A DNA stretch of 49,875 nucleotides from Actinomycetota bacterium (GCA_009699605.1 WLNW01000003.1:1-49875), one strand, 5' to 3'. Counted from the stretch's first letter, positions 18,561 through 31,830 are shown. Program-made: numbers and translations. The notes: generated from the sequence alone by a model not told the origin.

Positions 18561-19162
18561 TGGCCGAAACCATCGTGTTCGCCGTGGCCGCGCTGCTCAT
18601 CCTGGGCGGAGCGCTCGGGGTGATTCTCTCGCGCAACCCGGTGCACTCAGCGCTTTTCCTCGTGCAGACGTTGTTCGGGGTGGCGATCACCTTCATCGAC
18701 CTCGACGCGCATTTCCTCGCGGCCGTGCAGGTCATCGTGTACGCCGGCGCAATCGTCATCCTCTTCCTGTTCGTGATTATGCTCCTCGGCGTCGACCAGG
18801 CCGAGAACCTCGACATCGAGCCCATAGCGGGTCAGCGACCCATCGCGCTGATCATCGCCGCGGCCACGCTCGCCGGGTTGATGTCGGTCGTGCTGTCGGT
18901 GGGCGACAAGCTCACCGGCGCCGACTCGGTCACCGGGCCGCTCGATGCGGTGATCCGCGTCGATGCACTCGGCGCATCACCCGAGTCTGCGACCGATGTC
19001 AGGGTTCTGGGCAGTCACCTGTTCACCGACTACGTGTTCGCGTTCGAGATCACCGCGGTGCTGCTGACTATCGCTGTGGTCGGCGCCGTGCTGCTCGCCC
19101 GCCGCCCCTCGGGCCCGATCGAGTCGTTCTCTGAAGACGATGCCGTGGAGGCTGTGCGATGA
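18560..19162 (+). CDS. nuoJ: NADH-quinone oxidoreductase subunit J
   Basis: NPVHSAL, QVIVYAGAIVILFLFVIMLL, FEITAVLL. Confidence 0.95.
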   Translation: MAETIVFAVAALLILGGALGVILSRNPVHSALFLVQTLFGVAITFIDLDAHFLAAVQVIVYAGAIVILFLFVIMLLGVDQAENLDIEPIAGQRPIALIIAAATLAGLMSVVLSVGDKLTGADSVTGPLDAVIRVDALGASPESATDVRVLGSHLFTDYVFAFEITAVLLTIAVVGAVLLARRPSGPIESFSEDDAVEAVR

Positions 19163-19479
19163 CCTTTGCCGTCGACGCGCCCACCACCGACTGGTACCTG
19201 ATGCTGTCGGCCGTCCTCTTCTCCCTCGGCGCGCTCGGCCTGCTCGTGCGGCGCAACCCGCTCGTCATGTTCATGTGCGTCGAGCTCATGTTGAACGCGG
19301 TCAACATCACGTTCGTGGCGATCGGCCGTGAGCTCAAGGACGTCGGTGGTCAACTCGCGGTCTTCTTCGTGTTGGTGGTGGCTGCGGCCGAGGTCGTTGT
19401 GGGCCTGGCGATCATCGTCACCATCATCCGTCGCCGCCCCGGCGCCAACGCCGATGACATCTCGGTGCTGAAGGGGTAA
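19159..19479 (+). CDS. nuoK: NADH-quinone oxidoreductase subunit K
   Basis: RRN...ELMLNAVN...AAAEVVVGLA, C-terminal LKG. Confidence 0.95.
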   Translation: MTFAVDAPTTDWYLMLSAVLFSLGALGLLVRRNPLVMFMCVELMLNAVNITFVAIGRELKDVGGQLAVFFVLVVAAAEVVVGLAIIVTIIRRRPGANADDISVLKG

Positions 19480-19484
19480 GGGCA

Positions 19485-21716
<2,232 letters not shown>

Positions 21717-21718
21717 TC

Positions 21719-23320
21719 GTGACCGTGCTCCTGCTTGCCAACGAAACTGCGTCGACATCGTTCCCGGTGCTCGCTGCGCTCGTGCTCGTTCCCTTGGCCG
21801 GTGCCATTGCCGTTTCCTTCACGTCGCCCCGCCGCAACACGGCCAAGACCATCGCCGTGCTCGCGAGCGGCATCACCGGCGCCATCTCGGTGTGGATGCT
21901 CTATGCGTTCCGCACCGGCACCGCGGAGTTCCAGTTCGTCACCCAGCAGAGTTGGATCGCCAGCTTCGGGATCTCGTGGTTCGGCGGGGTAGACGGCATC
22001 TCGCTGTTCATGATCGTGCTCACCGGCCTGCTTTTCCCGCTGGCTATCGTCGGCATCGAACCCGAGCACGAACCGAAGCCGTACTACGCGTGGTTGCTGG
22101 TGCTCGAAGCAGGGTGCATGGGCGTGTTCTTCGCGCTCGACCTGTTCATGTTCTTCATCTTCTTCGAGATCGTGCTCGTCCCGATGTACTTCCTCATCGC
22201 CGGGTGGGGTCACGCGAACCGCGCATACGCCGCAACCAAGTTCTTCCTGTACACGATGTTCGGTTCTGCATTCATGCTCGTGGGCATCGTCTCGCTGGTC
22301 ACGTTGCACGCGCGAGCCACCGGCGGCGACATCACGTTCAACCTCATCGAGATCGCCGAGAGCCAATCGATCGCGCTGATCACCTCGCGGTGGATCTTCC
22401 TGTCGTTCGCGATCGCGTTCGCGGTCAAGGTGCCGTTGTTCCCGTTGCACACCTGGCTCCCCGACGCGCACACCGAAGCGCCCACTGCGGGTTCGGTCAT
22501 CCTCGCCGGAGTCATGTTGAAGCTCGGCACCTACGGCTTCTTGCGGTTCGGGCTGTACCTCTTTCCTGAAGCATCGGTGTTCTTCGCGCCACTCCTCATC
22601 ACGCTCGGCACGATCGGCATCATCTACGGCGCCGTCGTGGCCACGATGCAGAAGGATCTCAAGCGACTCGTCGCGTACTCGTCGGTGGCGCACCTCGGGT
22701 TCATCATCCTCGGTACGTTCGCGCTGAACCGCGAGGGCATCGACGGTGCCGTACTGCAGATGGTCAACCACGGCTTGTCCACCGGCGCGCTGTTCCTCCT
22801 GGTCGGCATGATCTACGAGCGCCGCCACACCCGCGAGATCTCCCAGCTCAAGGGCTTGCAGAAGTCGGCGCCGATCCTGGCCGGGTTCTTCACGCTGGTG
22901 ATGCTGTCCTCGATTGGTCTGCCCGGCCTCAACGGCTTCGTGGGCGAATTCCTCATCCTCCTCGGGAGCTTCACTGCGCATCGTTGGTGGGCGGTGGTGG
23001 CGGCCTCCGGGGTCATCATCGCCGCGCTCTATCTGCTCTGGGCCTACCAGCGGGTCTTCCACGGCACGCCCGAAGGTGACAACGCCACGATGCGCGACCT
23101 CACCTTCCGTGAGGGTTGCGTGCTGGCTCCGCTGGTGGTCGGCATCGTCTTCCTCGGCATCTACCCCAAGCCGGTGCTGGATCGCATCGAGCCGTCGGTG
23201 GTCTCGCTCGTCGAACACATTGAACGACACGATCCTGACTTCCATGAACCGTCACCGGCGCTCGTCGTCGGTGACGCAGGCGAGGGTGCCGCACGAACTG
23301 AAAAAGAGGGTGGTCACTGA
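21719..23320 (+). CDS. nuoM: NADH-quinone oxidoreductase subunit M
   Basis: KVPLFPLHTWLPDAHTEAPTAGSV, LKLGTYG, AYSSVAHLG, GLPGLNGFVGEF. Confidence 0.96.
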   Translation: MTVLLLANETASTSFPVLAALVLVPLAGAIAVSFTSPRRNTAKTIAVLASGITGAISVWMLYAFRTGTAEFQFVTQQSWIASFGISWFGGVDGISLFMIVLTGLLFPLAIVGIEPEHEPKPYYAWLLVLEAGCMGVFFALDLFMFFIFFEIVLVPMYFLIAGWGHANRAYAATKFFLYTMFGSAFMLVGIVSLVTLHARATGGDITFNLIEIAESQSIALITSRWIFLSFAIAFAVKVPLFPLHTWLPDAHTEAPTAGSVILAGVMLKLGTYGFLRFGLYLFPEASVFFAPLLITLGTIGIIYGAVVATMQKDLKRLVAYSSVAHLGFIILGTFALNREGIDGAVLQMVNHGLSTGALFLLVGMIYERRHTREISQLKGLQKSAPILAGFFTLVMLSSIGLPGLNGFVGEFLILLGSFTAHRWWAVVAASGVIIAALYLLWAYQRVFHGTPEGDNATMRDLTFREGCVLAPLVVGIVFLGIYPKPVLDRIEPSVVSLVEHIERHDPDFHEPSPALVVGDAGEGAARTEKEGGH

Positions 23321-24858
23321 TGGGCGCGCTGTTGCTCGCCGAATCGAGCGTTCTCGCGCCCGCGCCGTCGGTCGCGTGGTGGGGGCTCGTACCGCTCATC
23401 GTGCTCGTCGCGGGCGCGGTCATCCTCCTCACGATCACCTCGCTCGCGAAGAACCTGCCGTCATGGTTCGCTGCGGCCTACACCGTGGGCATCGGCGTCG
23501 CGACCTTCTGCGCCGTGATCCCACCATGGACCCGCGTGCACCATCACGGCGCAATCTCCACGCTGTCGGGGATGTACGGCGTCGACGGGTTCTCGCTTTT
23601 CATCACCGCGGTGCTCGCCTGCTCGGTGGTACTGGCTGCGCTGTTGGGCGTGGGCTACCTCGAACGTGAGGGCATCCGAGGCATCGAGTTCTACGTTTTG
23701 CTCCTGCTGTCGGCGGCCGGTGGCGTGGTCATGGCCGGGGCCAACGACCTCATCATCTTGTTCCTCGGGCTCGAGGCGCTGTCGCTTGCGGTGTACGTGC
23801 TCGCGGCAATGAACCTGCGTCGTACGCAGTCCCAAGAAGCCGGCATCAAGTACTTCGTACTCGGCGCGTTCTCGTCGGCGTTCTTCCTGTATGGCATCGC
23901 CCTCGTCTACGGTGCCACGGGCTCCACCAACCTCGCGGTCATCAAGACCTTCCTCGCCACCCGCGTGGTCGCCGACGAGACGATGCTGTTCATCGGCTTT
24001 GCCCTACTGCTCGTGGGGTTGGCGTTCAAGGTCGCGGCGGCGCCGTTTCACTCGTGGACCCCCGACGTTTACCAGGGCTCACCCAGCCCGGTGGTCGCAT
24101 ACATGGCGTCGGGCGTCAAGGCCGCCGGGTTCGCGGGCATGATCCGCGTGTTCGTGGTGGGCTTCGGCCAGTACGCCGACACGTGGCAGCCTGCGATCTA
24201 CGCGCTCGCCGTGCTCACCCTGCTGGTGGGGTCGATCCTCGCCGTGCGTCAGACCGACGTGAAGCGCATGCTCGCGTACTCGTCGATCAGCCATGCCGGG
24301 TTCCTGCTCGTGGCCGTCGAGGCCGCCACCCCGAAGGGTGTGTCGGCCGCGGTCTTCTACCTTGCGGCCTACACGTTCATGGTGGCCGGTAGCTTCGGCG
24401 TGGTAACCGTGGTCGGGAACGGCCATCGGGGTCGCCACGACCTGTCGAGCTACAAGAGCCTGGCCAAGGAACGGCCGGCACTGGCGTTCGCGTTCACGAT
24501 CTTCTTGTTCGCGCAGGCCGGCGTTCCGTTCACCACGGGGTTCTTCGCCAAGTTCTCGGTGATCAGCGCGTCGGTCGATGCCAGCTCGTACTGGTTGGCC
24601 ATCGTGGCCATGGTCAGCTCAGTGATCGGTGCGTTCTTGTACCTGCGCATCGTGCTCACCATGTACCTCGACGATCACCACGACACCGGTTCTGTGGCCG
24701 TCGCCGCGAAGCGCCCGGTGCCCTTCGGCGCGATGGTCGTCATCGGCGTGTGCGTGCTGGTCACCCTCGGCTTTGGCATCGTGCCCGGCATCATCGAGAA
24801 CCTGGCCCGCGACGCCGTGCCGGTGCTCGTGTCTGCCGCAACGTCGGCAGTCGGCTGA
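23320..24858 (+). CDS. nuoN: NADH-quinone oxidoreductase subunit N
   Basis: EAGIKYF, FKVAAAPFHSWTPDVYQG, KRMLAYSSISHAG, GFFAKF. Confidence 0.96.
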   Translation: MGALLLAESSVLAPAPSVAWWGLVPLIVLVAGAVILLTITSLAKNLPSWFAAAYTVGIGVATFCAVIPPWTRVHHHGAISTLSGMYGVDGFSLFITAVLACSVVLAALLGVGYLEREGIRGIEFYVLLLLSAAGGVVMAGANDLIILFLGLEALSLAVYVLAAMNLRRTQSQEAGIKYFVLGAFSSAFFLYGIALVYGATGSTNLAVIKTFLATRVVADETMLFIGFALLLVGLAFKVAAAPFHSWTPDVYQGSPSPVVAYMASGVKAAGFAGMIRVFVVGFGQYADTWQPAIYALAVLTLLVGSILAVRQTDVKRMLAYSSISHAGFLLVAVEAATPKGVSAAVFYLAAYTFMVAGSFGVVTVVGNGHRGRHDLSSYKSLAKERPALAFAFTIFLFAQAGVPFTTGFFAKFSVISASVDASSYWLAIVAMVSSVIGAFLYLRIVLTMYLDDHHDTGSVAVAAKRPVPFGAMVVIGVCVLVTLGFGIVPGIIENLARDAVPVLVSAATSAVG

Positions 24859-24867
24859 CCCGTCGGC

Positions 24868-27225
24868 TCAGATCCCCAAGGGGCGGGTGCCGATGAGACC
24901 CCGTTCGGTGAGTGCGTCGAGCTCGTCGGCGGTGAGGCCGAGCAGACCGCAGAGGACCTCGGTGTTGTGCTCGCCGAGCAGGGGAGCGGGGCGGGCGAAC
25001 CGCTTCGTCGGCTGGCGACCGAACAGCACCGGGAACGCAGGGATGGGGTGGGTGCCCACGACCGGGTGCGTTACATCTTCGAAGAAGCCGCGAGTGCGGA
25101 TCTGCGGGTTGCGATCCGAGGTGCGGCAGCTGGCCACCGCAGCGGCCGGAACGCCGTGTGCGGCGAGCAGTTCCACCGTGTCGTAGAGCTTGACGGTTGC
25201 GCACCATGGGGTGAGCACCGCGTCGAACTGGTCGGGGTCCTCGGTGAGCTCGGTGCCCACGAGTGCGCCGAGCGCGGCGCGCTGCGCGTCGGTCTCGACG
25301 GCGATCGCGATCGCGCCCATCGTCTCGTCGGGATGGTCGGCCGTGCGGAACGTACCCTGCAGCCCGTAGCCGGGTTCGTGGTTGCCGTCGCGGGTGAGCA
25401 GCACGCCGTTGCCCGTGAACTCGATGACCTGTTCGGCCGCGGCGTTCAACGCGGTTTCGACCATGGTGGCCTCGACGAGGCAACCAGTGCCGGTGCGTTC
25501 TCGCCGAGCCAGCGCGACGAGCGCCGCGTACGTGGCGTGTAGCCCGGCCAGTGGATCGCACGGCCCGCGGGCGTTCATGGGTTCCACGTCGGCGTAACCG
25601 GTGAGCCACGCCATGCCCGAGGTCTGCTCCATCGTCTGGGCGAACCCAACGCGATCGCGCCATGGTCCGTCGAGGCCGAACGCCGGCATGCGCACGACCA
25701 CGATGCGCGGGTTCCACGAGCGCAGCTCGTCCCACGTGAGGCCCCACTGGTCGAACACGCGGGGCGCGAAGTTCTCGACCACGACATCGCTCACCTCGAC
25801 GAGCCGGCGTAGCAGCGAGCGCCCATCGGTCGACGTGAGATCGAGGGTGATCGAGCGCTTGCCGGTGTTCGCCGAATGGAACGTGGGACCCCATTCCCAC
25901 CACTGTTCGGTGCCGGGGGCCCTGCTCGAGCCGAACCGCATGCCGTCGGGGCGTTGGATCGACTCGACGTGGATGACGTCGGCTCCGAGGCACGCCAGCG
26001 CGAAGGTCGCATACGGCCCGGCCCAGAACGCGGTGAGGTCGACGACCCGCACCCCGGCGAGTGGCCAGTCGTTCGGGGCGGGGGAGGATGGGGCAGCGTG
26101 GGCACGCGATACAGACCGCTCCCCGAGAGCGGCCCGAACCGCGTCGGTGTCGGCTCCGATCAGCGGTGCGGGGGTGAACGCGCGCGTCATCTCGCCGTGG
26201 ATTCGCCATGGCACACGAGGTTGGCGGAACCCGCCGCCCGGGTTGTCGACATAGACGCCGCGCTCGACGAAGTGGTCGAAGCCGGTGAGGTTTTCGCCGT
26301 TGCCGATGTGCGCCACGGGGATGCGCAGCAAAGAGGCCTCTTCGACGACCTCGGCTGTGGTGCGGGCGCTGGTATAGGCCCGGATGATCCGGGTGACCCG
26401 TTCGGCGTTGGCGATGCGGCCAGCCATCGACGCGAGGTCGGGGTCGAGCGCAAGGTCGGGCTCGCCGAGGAGCAGGCAGAAGTCCTGCCACTGCTGCCCG
26501 GTGAACACACAGAAGCCGACGAACCCGTCGAGGGTCGGTTCGATCGACGGGATCTCGAGCCGCGGTTCCGACGCGTAGATGCCACTCATCGAACCCCACA
26601 AGGTCTGCACGTTCGAACACGTCGGCGTGATGGCCTCGAGCAGCGAGAGATCGACGTGGTCGCCCCGGCCGGTCATGCGGGCGCGTCGCAGCGCGGCCAT
26701 CGCCGCAACTGCCGCGTTGACGCCACCGATCCATTCGCCGATGCGCCCGCCGCCATTGATGAACGGCCGCCCCGGCAGTCCCCGGGTGGATGTGCTGCCA
26801 CCTGCGGCGAGCAGCGTGAACTCGGTGGCCGGCCGCCCGGCCCACGGCCCGGTGTGCCCGAACGGCGTGATGGTGAGCAAGGTCGCCCTGGGGTTGGCCG
26901 CGGCGATCGTGTCGTATCCGAGGCCGCGCGCCTCGAGCTCGCCCGGTCCGCTGCTGTCGATCACGAGGTCGAACCCGATGACGAGGTCACGGATCTCGTC
27001 ATCGGTGAGCACGGCGGAGTACGTCGACGTGCGAAGGAATGCGTGCAGCAGGCCCTTGCGTTCGCCCACGCCGTGGCGGCGTAGCGGATCCCCGTCGGCC
27101 GCCTCGACCTTCACCACGTTGGCCCCGCCGTCGGCCAGCAACTTTGCGCAGTACGCACCGGCGATGCCCTTGCTGAGGTCGAGCACCGCGACATCGTCGA
27201 GCGGGTAGATCAACGGTTCGTTCAT
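24868..27225 (-). CDS. Family III (CaiB/BaiF) CoA-transferase with two fused domains
   Basis: Two repeats of the family start motif (PLDDVAVLDLS...; PLAGVRVVDLTAFWAGP...LGADVIHVES), NTGKRSITLDL, APLLGEH. Start set at ATG 27225. Confidence 0.88.
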   Translation of the reverse strand: MNEPLIYPLDDVAVLDLSKGIAGAYCAKLLADGGANVVKVEAADGDPLRRHGVGERKGLLHAFLRTSTYSAVLTDDEIRDLVIGFDLVIDSSGPGELEARGLGYDTIAAANPRATLLTITPFGHTGPWAGRPATEFTLLAAGGSTSTRGLPGRPFINGGGRIGEWIGGVNAAVAAMAALRRARMTGRGDHVDLSLLEAITPTCSNVQTLWGSMSGIYASEPRLEIPSIEPTLDGFVGFCVFTGQQWQDFCLLLGEPDLALDPDLASMAGRIANAERVTRIIRAYTSARTTAEVVEEASLLRIPVAHIGNGENLTGFDHFVERGVYVDNPGGGFRQPRVPWRIHGEMTRAFTPAPLIGADTDAVRAALGERSVSRAHAAPSSPAPNDWPLAGVRVVDLTAFWAGPYATFALACLGADVIHVESIQRPDGMRFGSSRAPGTEQWWEWGPTFHSANTGKRSITLDLTSTDGRSLLRRLVEVSDVVVENFAPRVFDQWGLTWDELRSWNPRIVVVRMPAFGLDGPWRDRVGFAQTMEQTSGMAWLTGYADVEPMNARGPCDPLAGLHATYAALVALARRERTGTGCLVEATMVETALNAAAEQVIEFTGNGVLLTRDGNHEPGYGLQGTFRTADHPDETMGAIAIAVETDAQRAALGALVGTELTEDPDQFDAVLTPWCATVKLYDTVELLAAHGVPAAAVASCRTSDRNPQIRTRGFFEDVTHPVVGTHPIPAFPVLFGRQPTKRFARPAPLLGEHNTEVLCGLLGLTADELDALTERGLIGTRPLGI

Positions 27226-27489
27226 AGCGACCGAGCGTAAACGACCAACTTTTGGGTCGCGTCCCGCACGTCCTGGCGCCCGTTTCACGACCCGCAACCC
27301 AGACGGGTTCGCTCCCGCGCGATGACGATTCTGAGAGCCCGCGCCGCGTGTGCATGACCCTGGCGCTCATCGAGCCCTCGGCGTGACGGGCGCGTGGCAC
27401 ACGCCGGTCGAGTGCGCGGTGTCACCCTGGAATGGCTCGTCGGGCTAGTGTCGGCGCCGCAGCCACCAGGGATGCTGAACTCTGCCGCC

Positions 27490-27519
27490 TTGGCACGAAA
27501 AATGCCCGAAAGATAGGCT
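27490..27519 (+). promoter_or_regulatory. Sigma70-type promoter of the second nuo operon
   Basis: TTGGCA (27490-27495), 18 nt spacer, TAGGCT (27514-27519), 8 nt before GTG 27528, with no Shine-Dalgarno sequence. Confidence 0.5.
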
Positions 27520-27527
27520 CTCTCGAC

Positions 27528-27893
27528 GTGTCGGACTTCCTCCGCAGCTACCTCACGGTCGCCATTTTCGGTGCGTTCGCCGCGACGCTCGTCGGCGGCA
27601 TGCTCGCGCTCGGCAGCCTCGTGCGGCCCTCGAACAGCACCGCCCAAAAGCTGCTCACCTACGAGAGCGGCGTCGACCCCACGGGCGACATGTGGACCCA
27701 GAGCAACGTCCGGTACTACGTGTTCGCGCTGCTCTTCGTCATGTTCGACGTCGAAGCGGTGTTCATCTTTCCCTGGGCCACCCGCCTCGAGGCCTACGGC
27801 ACATTCGGCCTCATCGAGATGGGCATCTTCATCGCGATCCTGGCCCTCGGCCTGGTGTACGCCTGGCGGAAGGGAATGCTCCGGTGGGTCTAG
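27528..27893 (+). CDS. nuoA: Complex I-like subunit A (second copy)
   Basis: [38 protein letters not shown]. Start set at GTG 27528. Confidence 0.93.
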   Translation: MSDFLRSYLTVAIFGAFAATLVGGMLALGSLVRPSNSTAQKLLTYESGVDPTGDMWTQSNVRYYVFALLFVMFDVEAVFIFPWATRLEAYGTFGLIEMGIFIAILALGLVYAWRKGMLRWV

Positions 27894-28426
27894 TAGAGAG
27901 CGGCAAGTCACCAAAGCTGCTCACCACGTTGCTCAACGTGAGCCGGAAGTACTCCCTGTGGATGTACCAGTGGGGCCTCGCGTGCTGCGCCATCGAGATG
28001 GGCGCGGCCATGGGCTCGCCCCGCTACGACGTCATGCGACTCGGCGTCATTCCGCTGCCCGCTAGCCCACGCCAGGCCGACCTGCTGTGCGTCTCGGGCA
28101 CCGTCACCGACAAGATGGCGCCCGCCGTGCTGCGGCTGTACGAGCAGATGCCCGAACCGAAGTACGTGATCTCCATGGGCAGCTGCGCGAACTGTGGCGG
28201 CCCCTACTGGGACAGCTACTCGGTCACCAAGGGCGTCGATCAGATCATCCCGGTCGACGTGTACGTCCCGGGCTGCCCGCCCCGCCCGGAAGCGTTGCTC
28301 GAAGGCATCGTCCTGCTCCAGGAGCGCATTCGCAACGAGGACCCGGCCGAGCGCTGGCGCGGCGCCCCGATCATCGTGCAGGACAACGCGGCCCGGCCTG
28401 TGGCCCCAGCAGAGGTGCCGGCATGA
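27884..28426 (+). CDS. nuoB: Complex I-like subunit B (second copy)
   Basis: [28 protein letters not shown]. Start set at GTG 27884. Confidence 0.94.
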   Translation: MGLVESGKSPKLLTTLLNVSRKYSLWMYQWGLACCAIEMGAAMGSPRYDVMRLGVIPLPASPRQADLLCVSGTVTDKMAPAVLRLYEQMPEPKYVISMGSCANCGGPYWDSYSVTKGVDQIIPVDVYVPGCPPRPEALLEGIVLLQERIRNEDPAERWRGAPIIVQDNAARPVAPAEVPA

Positions 28427-29094
28427 GCAGCACCGAGGTCGAGGTCGGCCCAGCCGTCGACGAACAGCGCACCGCACTGGTCGCCACGCTGTCCACCAAG
28501 CTGGGTAGCGCGCTCGTGGGCAGCCACATCCGTCCCGGCGACGACCTGTGGATCCGCGTCACCGTCGACGCTTGGGCCGACACGTTCCGCATGTTGCGCG
28601 ATGCGCACGGCCTGAAGTTCTTCAACTGGCTGTCGGCCATCGACTGGATGCCGTCGCCCTTCGGTCGCGACATGGACGCCGAGGTCGACTCGATCCTGCA
28701 GGGCAAGGTCGCGAAGGCTCCCGAGCCCACGGTCACCGGCTACGCCGGTGGCGACACCCGGTTCCAGGTCCTCGGCCGCCTGCACAACCTGGCCGACCGG
28801 TGGGGTATCACCATCAAGGCCGACATCCCCGACGACACGCTCACGGTTCCCAGCATCATCAGCGTGTTCGTGGGCGCCAACTGGCACGAGCGCGAAGTGG
28901 CCGAGATGTACGGCATCGATTTCGCCGGCCACCCCGACCAGCGCAAGCTGTACCTTCCGACCGGGTTCGAGGGCTACCCGTTGCGCAAGGACTTCCCCTT
29001 GCTCGCCCGGCGCATCAAGCCGTGGCCGGGCATCGTCGACGTCGAGCAGATGCCAGGCGACGACGAACCTGAGGAAGCAGCGGCGGAGGACTGA
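28423..29094 (+). CDS. nuoC: Complex I-like subunit C (second copy)
   Basis: [18 protein letters not shown]...[12 protein letters not shown] overlap at 28423. Confidence 0.93.
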   Translation: MSSTEVEVGPAVDEQRTALVATLSTKLGSALVGSHIRPGDDLWIRVTVDAWADTFRMLRDAHGLKFFNWLSAIDWMPSPFGRDMDAEVDSILQGKVAKAPEPTVTGYAGGDTRFQVLGRLHNLADRWGITIKADIPDDTLTVPSIISVFVGANWHEREVAEMYGIDFAGHPDQRKLYLPTGFEGYPLRKDFPLLARRIKPWPGIVDVEQMPGDDEPEEAAAED

Positions 29095-30263
29095 TGACGA
29101 TCACCGACCGCCAACAGCTCGCGTACATCGCCGGCCAGGCTGCCGACGCGCGCCTCAACCTCGAGCTCGAGACCGAGGGCATGGTCCTCAACATCGGGCC
29201 TCAGCACCCGGCCACCCACGGCACGCTGCGCGTCATCGTGCGCCTCGACGGCGAACAGGTCGTCGCGGCCGAGCCTGTCATGGGCTACATGCACCGGGGC
29301 TACGAAAAGCTGACCGAGGTGCGCACCTACCCGCAGGTGACCACGCTCATCAACCGCATCGACTGGTTGGGCAGTTTCGCCAACGAGGTTCCGTTCATCC
29401 TCGCCGCCGAGAAGCTCATGGAGGTCGAGGCCCCGCCTCGCGCCCAGTGGATCCGCACCATCTTGTTCGAGCTGTCACGCATCGCGAACATCACCCTGTT
29501 CCTTGGCGACATGGCGGCGCAGCTCGGTGCCCTCACGCCGGTCTTCTATGCGTTCCGCGATCGTGAGTACATCCTCAACCAGATCGAGGCGGTCACCGGT
29601 GGTCGCTTCCACCCGAACTTCGACCGCATCGGTGGCCTGAAGGACGATCTGCCCAAAGGCTGGGGCGAAGAGACCAAGGGCGCCCTGCGCAAGCTCTCCG
29701 AGTTCTGCGACATCATGGAGAACCTGGTCCTCGGCAACGAGATCTTCGCCGCTCGAACCCGCGGCATCGGGGTCATCCCGGCTGACGTCGCCCAGGCCTA
29801 TGGGCTTTCGGGCGCGAACCTCCGGGCGTCCGGCGTCGACTTCGACCTGCGCCGCGACAACCCGGTGGGCCTCGTCTATGACAAGGTCGACTGGAAAGTC
29901 TGGACCCACCCCGACGGCGACTCGTTCGCGCGCTACTGGGTGCGGCTCCAGGAGACCCGCGAAGCGATCGCCATCGTCGAGAAGCTCCTCGATGGCATCC
30001 CGGCCGGTCCCGTCATGGCCAAGGTGCCGCGCATCATCAAGGTGCCGGCGGGCGAGGCCTGGGTCGAGACCGAGAACCCGCTCGGCGCCATGGGTTACTA
30101 CATCGTGTCGAAGGGTGATCTCACCCCGTTCCGGGTCAAGATCCGTTCGGCCAGCTTCAACAACGTGGCCGTTGCGCCGTGGGTGCTACGCGGCGTCTAC
30201 GTCCCAGACGTGATCACCATCCTCGCCAGCCTGTACTTCATTCTTGGGGATATCGACCGATGA
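29094..30263 (+). CDS. nuoD: Complex I-like subunit D (second copy)
   Basis: NIGPQHPATHGTLR, GYMHRGYEK, ENPLG, GDIDR; no NiFe-binding CxxC motifs, so not a hydrogenase large subunit. Confidence 0.95.
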   Translation: MTITDRQQLAYIAGQAADARLNLELETEGMVLNIGPQHPATHGTLRVIVRLDGEQVVAAEPVMGYMHRGYEKLTEVRTYPQVTTLINRIDWLGSFANEVPFILAAEKLMEVEAPPRAQWIRTILFELSRIANITLFLGDMAAQLGALTPVFYAFRDREYILNQIEAVTGGRFHPNFDRIGGLKDDLPKGWGEETKGALRKLSEFCDIMENLVLGNEIFAARTRGIGVIPADVAQAYGLSGANLRASGVDFDLRRDNPVGLVYDKVDWKVWTHPDGDSFARYWVRLQETREAIAIVEKLLDGIPAGPVMAKVPRIIKVPAGEAWVETENPLGAMGYYIVSKGDLTPFRVKIRSASFNNVAVAPWVLRGVYVPDVITILASLYFILGDIDR

Positions 30264-31291
30264 TTCTCGGGGTCGAACTCGCGTATTGGCAGGTCACGAT
30301 CTTGAAGATCGTGCTCGGGATGACGGCTGTGCTGCTGCCGGCCGGCACCTTGGTGTACGCCTATTTGTTCAAGGCCGTCAGCTTCATGCAGAGCCGTCTC
30401 GGCCCTATGGAAGCCGGGCCGTACGGCTCGATGCAGCTCCTCGCCGAAGTAGGCAAGTTCCTGCAGAAAGAAGACATCGTCCCCACCAAGGCCGATCGTC
30501 TGTTGTTCAAGCTCGCACCGTACGTGGTGCTGGTGAGCACCTTCCTGCTCGTGCTCGTGGTGCCGTTCTCGGTCGACGACACGTTCTTGAACCTCGACAC
30601 CGGCATCTATTTCGCGATGGCCGTGTCGTCGGTGTCGGTCATCGGCATCCTCATGGCCGGCTGGGCGTCGGCCAACAAGTACTCGCTCATGGGTGGCATC
30701 CGGGCCGCCGGTCAGCTCATCGCCTACGAGCTGCCGATGATCCTCGCCATCGTCGGCGTGGTCATCCAGGCCGGCACGCTCAACATGAACGGCATCGTCT
30801 CCGCCCAGTGGCACGGTGAGATCTTCGGCTGGGGCGGCATCGGCAACCCCTACATCCTCACGCAGTTCGTCGGCTTCTTCATCTTCCTCATCGCGGTGCA
30901 GGCCGAGCTCACGCAGACCCCGTTCGACATGCCCATCGCCGAGAGCGAGCTCGTCGCGGGCTACCTCACCGAGTACTCGGGGCTGCGGTTCCTGCTGTTC
31001 TTCATCGGCGAGTTCGCGACCATGGGCATCTTCTCGCTCATCGCATCGGTGCTCTTCCTCGGTGGTTGGACGATTCCGTGGTTCTTCGACTTCGACTCGA
31101 ACGCCTACAACGTCATCGGCCCCCTGGTGATGATGGGCAAGATGATGATCGTGGCGTTCCTCGTGGTTTGGGCGCGCTTCTCGTTTCCCCGGTTCCGTGA
31201 AGATCAGCTGCAGCGTCTGGCGTGGAAGTTCCTCATTCCGATCTCGCTGATCAACATCGCGGCCACCGCCGTCCTGAAGGTGGTGTTCTGA
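30260..31291 (+). CDS. nuoH: Complex I-like subunit H (second copy)
   Basis: [42 protein letters not shown]. Follows nuoD directly (ATGA overlap), leaving no room for nuoEFG. Confidence 0.94.
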   Translation: MILGVELAYWQVTILKIVLGMTAVLLPAGTLVYAYLFKAVSFMQSRLGPMEAGPYGSMQLLAEVGKFLQKEDIVPTKADRLLFKLAPYVVLVSTFLLVLVVPFSVDDTFLNLDTGIYFAMAVSSVSVIGILMAGWASANKYSLMGGIRAAGQLIAYELPMILAIVGVVIQAGTLNMNGIVSAQWHGEIFGWGGIGNPYILTQFVGFFIFLIAVQAELTQTPFDMPIAESELVAGYLTEYSGLRFLLFFIGEFATMGIFSLIASVLFLGGWTIPWFFDFDSNAYNVIGPLVMMGKMMIVAFLVVWARFSFPRFREDQLQRLAWKFLIPISLINIAATAVLKVVF

Positions 31292-31830
31292 TGGCCAAGC
31301 CGAAGATCCCGGGTGTCCTGAAAGGTCTGGGCATCACCGCCAAGACCATGGTCGAGACGATGTTCCCGGACGGGCCCAAAGGGCCACCGTCGCCGTCCAA
31401 GGGCGCGGTCACGGTGCAGTACCCGCACGAGAAGGAAACGCCCGCGCCTCGCTCGCGTGGCGTCATCGCGCTCAAGGAGGAGAACTGCACTTCGTGCATG
31501 CTCTGCGCGCGCGAGTGTCCCGACTGGTGTATCTACATCGAGGCGCACAAGACGAAGGCGCCGCCCCGGCGGGCCGGCGGCAAGCCGCGCAAGGTCAATC
31601 AGCTCGACCGCTTCGACATCGATTTCTCGTTGTGCATGTACTGCGGCATCTGTGTCGAGGTGTGCCCGTTCGACGCGCTGTTCTGGAGCCCCGAGTACGA
31701 GTTCAGCGAGTTCCGTATCGCCGACCTTCTCCACGACAAGTCGCGCCTGGCCGAGTGGATGGAGACCGTGCCCGACTTCGAGCCTTATGAGGCCGGTAGC
31801 CAGGCCAAGGTCAAGAAGGTGCCACGCTGA
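31291..31830 (+). CDS. nuoI: Complex I-like subunit I (second copy)
   Basis: [12 protein letters not shown] and [12 protein letters not shown]. Start ATG 31291 (TGATG). Confidence 0.94.
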   Translation: MAKPKIPGVLKGLGITAKTMVETMFPDGPKGPPSPSKGAVTVQYPHEKETPAPRSRGVIALKEENCTSCMLCARECPDWCIYIEAHKTKAPPRRAGGKPRKVNQLDRFDIDFSLCMYCGICVEVCPFDALFWSPEYEFSEFRIADLLHDKSRLAEWMETVPDFEPYEAGSQAKVKKVPR

